From Eledone cirrhosa (Eukaryota): 64,000 bases of DNA. The translations under genes and the position numbers were made by a program. Where the stretch lies: NCBI GenBank assembly GCA_964016885.1, contig OZ024740.1:153388001-153452000 (forward strand), written 5' to 3'. How positions within the stretch are numbered: the first letter of the stretch is position 1; each line of letters starts with the position of its first letter. The notes beneath the pieces were generated by a model that was not told the DNA's origin, did no database searches, and saw only the letters and a program-made list of their open reading frames with translations. Below, in pieces: positions 14,000-26,640 of this stretch.

Positions 14000-14057
14000 A
14001 TACCTGATGATGTCACCGGATTCATACTGAACCCGGTCACTGAAATGATCATAGTAT
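14000..14057 (+). ncRNA. Type I hammerhead ribozyme motif
   Basis: ATAC-CTGATGA-T-GTCACCGGATTCA-tac-TGAACCCGGTCAC-T-GAAA-TGATCA-TA-GTAT: stem I ATAC/GTAT, long stem II, palindromic loop III (ATGATCAT), AUA triplet; AATAAA follows. Confidence 0.7.
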
Positions 14058-14814
14058 AATAAACCTTTTAAGGAATTACACCAGTCCAGCCTCCTGTTAT
14101 TTTATAATAATTAACTCCGTACCCGCGCCACCAACAACACAAACGAAGACGGGTGAGTTGCATTACCTCGAGTGCTCTCCCTAATATTACATCGAGGTTG
14201 ACTATACGGAATGACCAGTTCTATCCAGTGGTGAACCAACAAACATATATATATATATATAGTGAAAAAAGATGAAATCAAAAATGTAACTGGAGTCTTA
14301 TTTAAAAAAATATATATATACACTTTTACTAAGGAAAGTTAATTTTGGTCAGGTTGTTTCTCATATAGCTTCGTAGTATAAGTTCAATAATATACCATTT
14401 CAAAAGCTTACATATATATATATATATTTATTAAAATAGATAAAAGTTTATGCTTTCGCACTTAAACAGATCTTCTGAAACTCAGAAGATCCCGGATTTT
14501 AGTCTTCACATTTATTATTAATACTATATTATATATACATGTATATATTGTCTTTAAAGCTGCCATTAAAAAAATATTTCTTAATACATATAAATTGGCT
14601 TCGTTTTCACAGATAAACCAGTTCCTGATGTTTATGACAAAGATACAATTCTTGAAATTATCAGTGCTCCAAAACTAACACGTGAGTTATATTATAATTT
14701 CTCTTACTTCTCTTTCCCTCTCCTATCTCTTTCTCTTTATATATATATATATATATATATAAATTCCGAGCTGTTTGTAAGACAGTAAAGAGAGAAGCAC
14801 ATACATATATATAT

Positions 14815-16507
<1,693 letters not shown>

Positions 16508-16689
16508 GATATATATATATATATTAGAAAGTGCGGTTTTTTTACAAAATGAAAAATAACCGAGGTGTCCTACACGAGTGAAAGTATAAAGAAAAAAAGA
16601 TGAAATCGAAAATGCAACTGGAGTCTTATTTAAAAAATATTTTAAAAAAAAATAAAACTCTAGGTGCATTTTCGATTTCAGCTTTTTTT

Positions 16690-16731
<42 letters not shown>

Positions 16732-16739
16732 TTATCACC

Positions 16740-19292
16740 ATCATCGTCATCGTTTAACGTCTACCTTCCACGCTAGCATGGATTTAGATAGGTATTTGGC
16801 AAAATTGACGGTATTTAGATCGGTATTTAGGCAAAATTGGTCGGGTGACCATGTCTCGCTCGTATAGGACTGTCTGGCAGGTTTTCTACGGCTGGATACT
16901 CTTCCTAACACCAACCACGTTTACAGTGTGGCCTGGGAGGTTTTTACCGTGTTACCTACACGGCCACATTACAGCGTGGACTGTGTGTTTTTTGTTGTGA
17001 CACCTACACGACCTCATTTATTTTGGACTGGATGTTGTGGTACCAACATGACTTTACGGAGAAAGGGTGCTGTTGGTGGGAGTGGGGGGTAGGGGTAGTG
17101 GGATGGGGTATATATTTGGTTAAGAGATGCCTACTGACTGTAGGTTTCGCTTTGTACATAGGCAAGGCGGGTATTCTGTATTACTGCGTAGAGCCAAAGA
17201 TCTCTGTCCAGTGACATTGTCTTAGAGAGGTGCAAGTGTGTGAGGTTGGAATTTATCAAATCGTCCCAGGTTTTTCTGGGTCTACCTACTCCGTAACTTC
17301 CATCAATTTTGATCGCCCAGCACTTTTTTTTTATACAACTGTCGTCTTTCATGCGCACCACGTGACCACCCCAACGTAGTCTTCTCTCGAGTAAACAGCA
17401 TCTGATCCCTCTTATTCCTAATTTCTCCCTTAGTTCATTTATGCTTTGCTGTTCACCTATATTACTATTACACATCCAACGGAGCATGGATGCTTCATTC
17501 CTCTCCAGTCTGCGTAGATCCTCTGCACACAAAGCCCATGTCTCACTGCCATGTAACATTGCTGTTCGTATACAGGCATCATACAATATGCCTTTCATTT
17601 TTAGAGAGAAACCTTTAGCGGCCAATAGTGGTATAAGCTCTCTGAACTTTTTCCATACCTTTCTGACTCTGGGTACTGTACTTTCAGAGCACCCTCCACC
17701 ACTGTTGATTTTGTCACCCAGGTAACGGAAGGTGTCCACTATTTCTATAGAACCATCTGGACAATAGAAGGAGCTAGTATCCTGTGGGCACTTGCTACTT
17801 ATTGCACCTGAGCATCGGTCACATAAAATCTACGTTTTTAGATAGCTTACCTGTGATCCCACTACATCTTTTATGTACCCATAATTTGCATTTGAGACAT
17901 AACATGGAATTTCTGCCTACTCCTTTCCTACACACTGAGCATGGCTATTTCCCAGAGGGTACCTGTACCCTATTTTCCGTTCTACATACTAGAACTTTAG
18001 TCTTAGACAAGTTAACTTTCTTTAAGGCCTTTTGATTCTAGGCCATGCTTCCATGTTTGGAATTTCTTCTCTAGTTCAGCCATCGATTCAGCTATGAGAG
18101 TTAGATCATCTCCGTATAGAAGTTCCCATGGGCAGCCGGTCATGAACTCCTCTGTTATAGCCTGAAGGGCAATAAGAAATAGGAGGGGGCTAAGGACAGA
18201 GTCTTGATGAACACCAACTTTTATGCTAAATTCTTCACCTTATTCGTTGTTAATTCTAACCTTGCTGACTGTTTCTTTATACATGGCTCGTATAGCTCTC
18301 ACGAGCCATTCATCAACATCTAGTTTTCTAAGAGCTCACCAGGTAATGGAGCGGGGGGACTCTGTCAAAAGCTTTCTCAAAGTCAACAAAAGCTAAGTAT
18401 AAGGGTTTACTTTTAGCTAGGTACTTCTTCTGTAGTTATCGTACAAGGAAAAGAGCGTCTGTGGTACTTTTACCTGACACAAACCCAAACTGCATTTCAT
18501 CTAGATCAATTCGCTCTCTGATTAGTTGCACTATAACTTTTTCTGTGACCTTCATGACCTGGTCAATTAATTTAATGCCTCTATAGTTTCCCCTGTCTAG
18601 GGCATCTCCTTTATCCTTGTATGACTTGGTTTACTATACGGGTGACCATAGTGTGTCCCACCATTCCAGATGCTTTCAGCATTTCAGCAACTATCTCCGA
18701 AGGCCCAGCTGCCTTTCCTGTCTTCATATCTTTGACTGCCTTACTTATTATACTACCTTAAACTTGCACTGCTGGTCCCTCTATTGGATTTAGTAGTGAC
18801 ATTTCCAAGCTACCTTCTTATCAGCATCAGTGATGGAAAGTACACCATCATCATTACGGACACACTTCTCCCCAACAATATCACGGTTTTCCTTGACACA
18901 TTGTCTTGCAATCCTGAACACCTCACGTTTTTGGTCCTCGCGTTGTAGTACATGCTTGAACTTTCTTTCCTCTGCTTCCCTTCTTGCAAAGTACACTTGT
19001 CTCCTAGCTTCTCTCCTGGCCACCGGATAGTGTTCTCTACTTCCTCCATCCCGCCATACTTTCCAAGCCTGCTTTTTGGCCTTGATTGACTCCTCCACCT
19101 TACTGTTCCACCACCAAGTTACTCTCCTCCTGCCTATAGGTCTGCTCCAGCCACAGATTTCATCTGCTGCTTTCAGCAGGTTAACTTTCAGGAATTCCCA
19201 CTGTTCCTCTATATTGTACGTCTCTAATTGCTCTTCCTTACTGCCAAAAGCATCAAGTAATATGCTTTTAAATTTGTTACTGGCTGTGGGGT

Positions 19293-19297
<5 letters not shown>
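16740..19297 (-). mobile_element. 5'-truncated degenerate RTE-group LINE, same family as 50762-54270
   Basis: ORFs 18790-19374 (TWWWN) and 17131-17739 (FRYLG, LHGSETW, GRPRKTW); (GAT)n-like tail; colinear with 50780-53170. Confidence 0.88.
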
Positions 19298-19374
<77 letters not shown>

Positions 19375-19429
19375 TTTCGCTCTACATGGCTGAATACAAT
19401 AAACGTAATCTGAGTTTTTCGAATATTAA

Positions 19430-19617
19430 TAATTGTTTCTACTTTTGGCACAAGGCCAGCAATTACCCAGTGCATTACTGGTACTTTATTTTATCGACCC
19501 CGGAAGGATGAAAGGCAAAATTAACCTCGGCGGGATTTGAACTCAGGTCATACAGGGAGGTAACTCTATGCTTCAAAGCATGGCATCCGACCCTCTACCG
19601 ATACTGCCAATCCACCG
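19430..19617 (-). mobile_element. tRNA-derived SINE inserted in the left arm of family B
   Basis: Full SINE consensus; removing it restores the arm seen intact at 20395-20469. Confidence 0.88.
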
Positions 19618-19719
19618 AACATTCGATTCGTTTGCAATTATGCAAACAAGCCTCATTTTTAAAGCCTTGTCAGTAGGATGTACCCTTCATTTTTGCTCTT
19701 GTGTTAGCATGTAAACAGA

Positions 19720-19765
19720 ACTGCAGACACTAATGTTTCTGGGTATCACCCATCATCAGTACAGC
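19720..19765 (-). ncRNA. Type I hammerhead ribozyme
   Basis: Minus strand GCTGTA-CTGATGA-TGGGT-GAT-ACCCA-GAAA-CA-TTAG-TG-TC-TGCAGT: all three stems pair, intact core, GUC triplet. Confidence 0.8.
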
Positions 19766-19827
19766 TCACTGTTCACCTGCCAACTGTCAGAGCTAGCGAA
19801 AATATATGCTATTTTCTAAAATATACA

Positions 19828-20294
19828 GTGACTGATCGGCCTGATTTGCATATTAGCAGACTGGCTGATCAGTCAGATTTGTATATTAGCAGACTGGCTG
19901 ATCAGTCAGATCTGCATATTAGCAGACTGGCTGATCAGTCAGATCTGCATATTAGCAGACTGGCTGATCAGTCAGATCTGCATATTAGCAGACTGGCTGA
20001 TCAGTCAGATCTGCATATTAGCAGACTGGCTGATCAGTCAGATCTGCATATTAGCAGACTGGCTGATCAGTCAGATCTGCATATTAGCAGACTGGCTGAT
20101 CAGTCAGATCTGCATATTAGCAGACTGGCTGATCAGTCAGATTTGCATATTAGCAGACTGGCTGATCAGTCAGATCTGCATATTAGCAGACTGGCTGATC
20201 AGTCAGATCTGCATATTAGCAGACTGGCTGATCAGTCAGATCTGCATATTAGCAGACTGGCTGATCAGTCAGATCTGCATATTAGCAGACTGGC
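19828..20294. repeat. Tandem array of ~14 x 33-bp quasi-palindromic units
   Basis: Unit ctggctgatcagtcagatctgcatattagcaga; the ORF track shows an 11-aa periodicity. Confidence 0.95.
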
Positions 20295-20465
20295 CAGTCG
20301 GTTTCCTGTATACGAGCGATAAATGGCAGGCTTTGCCACATTCAAATAAAAAAGAGAGCAAGAATGAAGGGTTCATTCTACTGACATATCTTTAAAAATG
20401 AGGCTTGTTTGCGTAATTGCAAACGAATCGAATGTTATTACTAATATTCGAAAAACTCAGATTAC

Positions 20466-20541
<76 letters not shown>

Positions 20542-20766
20542 GTATATATATATATAAGTATATATGTATACGTACATACATATATGTATACACACGTACA
20601 GTAGTATGTATATATATATATACATGCACACATATATGTATGCACGTATCGGTTTACCGAACATTTATTATAATGCTCGGTTTGTTTGTAAACGAACAAA
20701 CAGCCCGAATTAAGCCGCACAGTGTTTAGGCAACCACGTGCCTTTTTGTTCAACACTGACAAAGGA

Positions 20767-20809
20767 ACGATGTACTAGTTTCAAGCTTATTAGCTATCGT
20801 CAGCATCGT
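20767..20809 (-). ncRNA. Minimal type I hammerhead ribozyme (family A)
   Basis: Reverse complement of the motif at 21227-21269. Confidence 0.8.
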
Positions 20810-21226
20810 ATACCTTCCTGCCAGATAGTTGAACGTCTGAAAGTATATACTTTCCTTATGCATATTAACGGCTGAGAAACCTAATTTGCATATCGAGTGA
20901 GTTTAGTCGGCCGGGCACACCGAAAACGATAAATGTTCAGTAAACCGATACGTGCATATATATATATGTGTGTATGTATGTATATATATACATTCTATTG
21001 TACGTCTGTATAGATATATGTATGTACGTATACATACATACATACTTACATTTAAGTAACTGCCGTACTAAGAGAAATGAAATTTCGTTTCATTCTATTC
21101 CATTTATCGTTTTCGGTGCGCCCGGCCGACTAAACTCACTCGATATGCAAATTAGGCTGCTCAGCCGTTAATATGCATAAGGAAAGTATATACTTTCAGA
21201 CGTTCAACCATCTGGCAGGAAGGTAT

Positions 21227-21269
21227 ACGATGCTGACGATAGCTAATAAGCTTGAAACTAGTACATCGT
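21227..21269 (+). ncRNA. Minimal type I hammerhead ribozyme (family A)
   Basis: ACGATG-CTGACGA-T-AGCT-AATA-AGCT-T-GAAA-CTAG-TA-CATCGT: 6-bp stem I, 4-bp stem II, palindromic ACTAGT stem III, GUA triplet. Confidence 0.8.
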
Positions 21270-21591
21270 TCCTTTGTCAGTGTTGAACAAAACGGTTGCC
21301 TAAACACTGTACGGCGTAATTCGGGCTGTTTGTTTGTTTACAAACAAACCGAGCATTATAATAAATGTTCGGTAAACCGATACGTGCATACATATATGTG
21401 TGCATGTATGCATATATATACATGCTACTGTACGTCTGTATACATATATGTATGTACGTATACATACATACATACTTACATTTAAGTAAGTGCCGTACTA
21501 AGAGTGAGAAAAGAAATTTCGTTTCATTCTATTCTATATATATATATATATAGTAGTAACGAGTGCAGCCACGGCAGCAGCTAGATTTGGA

Positions 21592-21726
<135 letters not shown>

Positions 21727-22020
21727 GAGGGTGGGGGAGCAACTTACCCTTTGGAAATCCAGCAATAGTGGATGCAGCACTGATAACACCTAGATTTGGA
21801 AGAAATACTAAGAGTTATTTTTGGAAACAAAGACAGCGTATAATTAGTAACAGGAAGTATATCTTTAATAAAGGTGGTAGAACCTGTAGGACACTGGAAT
21901 AGATAGCATGGGGGAAATAGCTATGTTCCAAATCTAGCTGCTGCTGTGGCTGCACTCGTTACTATTGAAGCTTCAAAGGCTAAGTTGCTCTACCCCCCCC
22001 CCCCTCTCTATATATATATA

Positions 22021-22108
<88 letters not shown>

Positions 22109-22132
22109 TATAAGAAGCAATATAAGATAATT

Positions 22133-22200
22133 AATTCATTTACCAAATGTTTCTTGAAGAGCTTGACACTTATGTCCGTCTCCATTCATCAGAAAAAATT
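22133..22200 (-). ncRNA. Type I hammerhead-like motif
   Basis: Minus strand AATTTTTT-CTGATGA-A-TGGAGA..GACA-TAAG-TGTC..TCTTCA-A-GAAA-C-ATTTG-G-TA-AATGAATT; truncated relative at ~1470-1505. Confidence 0.6.
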
Positions 22201-22201
22201 T

Positions 22202-22233
<32 letters not shown>

Positions 22234-22286
22234 TTCCGTATCACATTTGAAATATTGTGTGTAAAACATTATTTTGTTCTGTCGAT

Positions 22287-22333
<47 letters not shown>

Positions 22334-22529
22334 TATATTTGAAAAGGGAGTAAGTTTCTATACAAAACAGTGGTTATAGAGAAAAGGTGGAGTTGGAAAT
22401 AGCACGGAAAATATATTTAAGGGTCTGTTTTTTCTTCTTTTCTTCTCTGATTCGTCAAAGTGACATTATTGAAAAAATAGATGGACAATTCTTTTAAAAA
22501 AAGAGTTTTATAATGTATATTAAATATAT

Positions 22530-22577
22530 AAAATATAACCGGTTTCGGTGTATCTGAAATCCATCTCATCAAATGTT
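22530..22577 (-). ncRNA. Degenerate minimal HHR in the probable pLTR of the Penelope-like element
   Basis: Minus strand GAACAT-TTGATGA-G..AGATACAC-C-GAAA-CCGG-TT-ATATTT; core C3 mutated, palindromic loop III; lies downstream of the PLE ORF. Confidence 0.45.
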
Positions 22578-22702
22578 CAGTACTACAATTAAAAAGAATT
22601 AAAAATTTTAAATTAAGTGTTGAGGCAGGTTTGTTTATCTTTCTTATTGAAAAGAAGACTGGATCTAAAATGGAATCTTGTATATATAGAGAGAGGTAGT
22701 CA

Positions 22703-22793
<91 letters not shown>

Positions 22794-23011
22794 TGCGTTT
22801 TTCACACATAACAAAATTATTTTTATTCGGGGGAGAGGGGGGGGGGATTTTCTGTAAATATGAGTGTGTATCTCAATTGTGTTAATGGACTGGTCAAGAG
22901 TTCAGATGGGAGTGGTGAGGAGAGGAAATGTAAGCTAGAGACAAATTCTATGGGTGAGAGAGGTAAATGAGATTGGCAAAAGTAGTGTTGGTTGTAAAAG
23001 AAATTCTATTT

Positions 23012-23305
23012 TCTGCGACTGACCCAGGTTCTGCTGCACGTCGAGCTGAGGGGGCCAAACTCCTCAAATACCGGTCGCTCTCCGACAGGTTTGCGGTCGT
23101 ACCCCTGGCAGTGGAGACTTCTGGTGCCCTCGGCCCCAGGGCTACCTCCTTACTCACCACCATAGGCGCTGAGCTGGCCAGCCGCAGGTGTAAGCACCGC
23201 GAGTTGGAGTGGCTCTTCCTGCGCGTCTCCCCCACCGTCCTCCGGAGAAACACCTTCTCCATGCTGTCCGCCGGGGATGTGGGTGGGCCCCATCGCGTAC
23301 CGTTG
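23012..23305 (+). mobile_element. 3' end of CRE-like RLE retrotransposon, same family as 10942-11320
   Basis: ORF 22967-23308: SATDPGSAARRAEGAKLLKY..VPLAVETSG. Confidence 0.8.
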
Positions 23306-23608
23306 TAGTTGTAGAAGAAACGGGAGCTAAATTGTATAGTGATATTAATGTTAGTCCAGTACTGACTGGTAGAAGTAAAACAATTTTGGGAATATGGTTT
23401 TAGAGAGTATGAGTGCATATATAACAATACACACGTGTGTGGGTGTTTGTGATTGGAAGGGTGGTATGTGTGTGTGTGTGTGCTTTACTTTGTTTGTCAC
23501 GGGTCTGTTTGTGGTGGGAAATTAAATAAAACAGAGCAAAGCATCAGTGATGGCTTTCAATCAGGAATTTTTGGAAAATAAGTGTATGAACAATTTTTTT
23601 TTATTTCG

Positions 23609-23746
<138 letters not shown>

Positions 23747-23789
23747 CTAATGGGGTGATTACATATTTAATTTTGGTTTGAATCTGTTA

Positions 23790-25080
23790 ATAAATAGTTT
23801 TTTTACATTTATTCTTTGTTGTTGCGTGAAAGAATCTGAGCACTTATAATGTGGAATGATTTAAAAGTTGCGTAGAGTCATTCCTGCACAATCTGCAATG
23901 TTGCTACTTAAGGTGATTTTTCTTGTGTTTGCGTCTCGGATTTGTTGGCGATGGATGGTCATTCTTTTGTGTAATAACACACCCGTCTGTCCTATGTAGT
24001 TATGTCGACAACCAACGCATGTGATTACATCGATCAGGTTTTCACTGTGAAAGTTTGGCCATCTTTAAATGTGAATTTTTGTCTTTCAATTAAGTATAGG
24101 CATGTGTCACAGTTTGTTCTTCCGCATTTTGTTACCTTAAGGTTGCAGATTGGTTTGTGTATATTTGTTCCAGTGAGATAGTGTTTTAGTTATTTGGGTT
24201 GCTTTTACTTTTAATGATCTTGTGTTTCTAGGGGTTTTTTTCATTTTTTCATCTTTAAATAGAATGTTTTTGTGTAGGTGGTCGAACATTTCGGTGTTTA
24301 TGGGGTTGAATTTGGATACATATGGTAAGGTATTGTTCGTGGTTCTGTGCTTTGGGTTGTTAAGTTGATGAAAATTAGCGTGTTTTGCTCTGTTTATTCC
24401 GTTATTAATGATGCCAAGTGGGAAGGCTCTTAAGGTAAGTGTGTTTGTTAGTTCATTGTTCCCGTTTAGTTGGGTCTGATACTATGGTGCATATACGTTT
24501 GGCTAAATTAAAAGGAATGTTAAGTTTTGTATGTTTTGGGTGATTTGATGTGAAGAGGAGGTACTGTTTGGAGTCCGTGGGTTTATAAAAGATGTCTATT
24601 TCCATTTTCCCATCTGTTTTTTAAAATAAGGATATCCAAGGAGTCTAATTCCTTGGAGTTGGATTCGATTGTGAATTGTTTGTAATTGTTAATGTTGTTT
24701 ATCATATTTTTGAAAAGAGTGAGTGTATTCATGCTTTCCTGCCATAGTATAAAGCAATCGTCTAGCTATCTCTTCTAATTATTTTTGAGATGTGTAAGGA
24801 AAGAGTCTCCGAATAATACCATAGTTGTGTGGTATGTTAGGGTAGAGGTTTACTGCGACAAAGAAGACAAGAATAGTGTTTTCACTTACTGTTTTGGGTA
24901 GGTGGTTCAGCATATCAAGGTCATTCTGTATGTAGCTCTGTATATGTTTTAGGAAGGGCTTTAGTAGGAGGTCCAGGAAATTGCTAAGTCTGTGGGTTTC
25001 ACACGCAGAGCCTGCTATAATTGGTCTGAGTTTTAAGTCTTCTGATGGTGTTAATTTATGTATTTGTTAGTCGAAGTATC
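23790..25080 (-). mobile_element. Decayed Penelope-like element (RT plus GIY-YIG), Neptune-type
   Basis: Manual translation: LKLRPIIAGSACETHRLSNFLDLLLKPF, KR*LDDCFILW, IFYKPTDSKQYLLFTSNHPKH, Cys linker KCGRTNCDTC, ENLIDVITCVGCRHNYIGQTG; many stops and frameshifts. Confidence 0.85.
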
Positions 25081-25479
25081 ACATGCATCGTTTATATAAG
25101 GTGAATATAGGGTGCAAGAGGTGTATGGGAAGGAGGAATGGATAAACTAAGCAAGGGGGTGAATGGGAAGGAGGAAGGGATAAATGGGGAAGAGCAGGTG
25201 AGGTGGAGAAGAGGAGGAGGAGAAATTAGTGGTACAAGATTATGAGGTAATGGAGGGGAGAAAATGAGGTTGGAGGAAGAGGAGGAGAAAAGGATAATAA
25301 CTAAAATTTATTTAGTAATTTAGCTTATCGACTCCGAATAAATGAAATCAATGTCCAGCTTGATAGAATTAGCCTCGGCAGGTTTTGAAGTCTGGAGTTG
25401 ATTTAATCGACCCCCCCCCCCCCATCCCCCCAAAGATTTGTTGTTCATGTGTCTAAATATGAAACAATTATTTAAAAAG

Positions 25480-25920
25480 AGTGGATTGACAGAATCGTTA
25501 GTTAGTTAAATGAAATACGTTGCAGTATTTTGTTACGGCTCTCTACGTCCTAGTTTCAAATCCTGCTGAATTCAACTTTGCCTTTCATCATTCCGAGTTC
25601 AATAAAATAAATACGAGTCAACTACTGACGCCGATATAATCGACTTTCGATTTTTTTATACATTGCCTTGGTTTTATGCCTAAGAAATAGACCTTAGAAA
25701 TCATTAAGGATGGTGAACTGGTGGAACGGGTTCTGACGTTGAACAAAATGCCTTGTAGTATTTGTTCTGGTTCTTCACGTTATAAGCTCATATTCCAAGA
25801 TCAACTTTGACTTTTATTCTTCCGAGGTTCATAAAGAAAGTACCAGCCATATATTGCATGTGATTTAATCTACTAAACTCTCCCCTAAAACTATTGACAT
25901 GAGCCTAAATTAGAGATCAT
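25480..25920 (+). mobile_element. Two old, diverged tRNA-derived SINE copies
   Basis: gacagaatcgttag..ttcaaatcc..ctttgcctttcatc..aataaaataa, present twice; similar copy at 37682-37890. Confidence 0.6.
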
Positions 25921-25964
25921 CATTATTATTATTGTTGTATTTTATCGACTTGTGGAGACAGCAA

Positions 25965-26270
25965 GGCTGAATGGTCAAGAAATTCGATTCGTAATCATGA
26001 GGTCTTGGGTTAGATTCTATTAGTGGTGTATTGGGCAAGTGTCATTCGTTTGACCCAAACCTTGTGAAATAAATCGGATAGATAAAAACTACTTGTAAGC
26101 TCGTTAAATGGACTTCTTCTATAATTCAAAGGGTTAGCATTGTCACTCCCTGTATCACGCTGAATCTCCCTGAGAACTACGTTAAATATGCACGTGCTTG
26201 GGGAATGTTCAATCAACTGCATGTTAATTTCATGAGCAACCTGTTCCGATCATCTTACAGTTGGGACATT
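25965..26270 (+). mobile_element. Diverged SINE of a second tRNA-derived family
   Basis: ggctgaatggtcaaga..gggttagattc..ttgggcaagtgtc head. Confidence 0.5.
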
Positions 26271-26605
26271 CATTGTTGAAACCGACGAAATTCATTCCAT
26301 TCCAATGGACTATATCTTCCTAAAAAAATAATATTCCTATACCTCTGTAAGAACTCATTATTAGTGTACTGTCCAGTGAATGATAACTTTTCTCATGTTA
26401 TTTTTTCATACATGGCATACCAAATAAGGAAATCGATTCGAAAGGAGCTACAGTAAGTCTTTGCTATGGTTTTATTTCCTTTATAAGTTAAAAGCATTAT
26501 AACAAAACATTATAAAGCATTTAGCGAGATCCCTGAAAATTCGACGCCCGTAACAAATGGTACTCTTGCTAATAGTTTAATACAGTACTCTTTACATCAT
26601 AAATG

Positions 26606-26609
<4 letters not shown>

Positions 26610-26640
<31 letters not shown>

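Larger units (their letters stand above)
19371..20469 (-). mobile_element. Non-autonomous HHR-bearing element (family B): tail, HHR, 33-bp tandem array and inverted tail copy; flanked by (TA)n and (CA)n
   Basis: 19400-19700 (minus the SINE) is the inverse of 20355-20469; HHR at 19720-19765. Confidence 0.65.
20560..21530. mobile_element. HHR-bearing ~430-bp repeat (family A): inverted partial copy followed by ~1.4 tandem copies
   Basis: 20560-20935 is the inverse of 21101-21478; strand switch at ATAAATG; ataaatgttc recurs at 20929 and 21361 (period 432). Confidence 0.8.

Noticed and set aside
19828-20322. 33-bp repeat array as a CRISPR array or as a 164-aa repeat protein
   Set aside because: Units are contiguous with no unique spacers and there are no cas genes; the ORF arises because the unit length is a multiple of 3 and lacks stops
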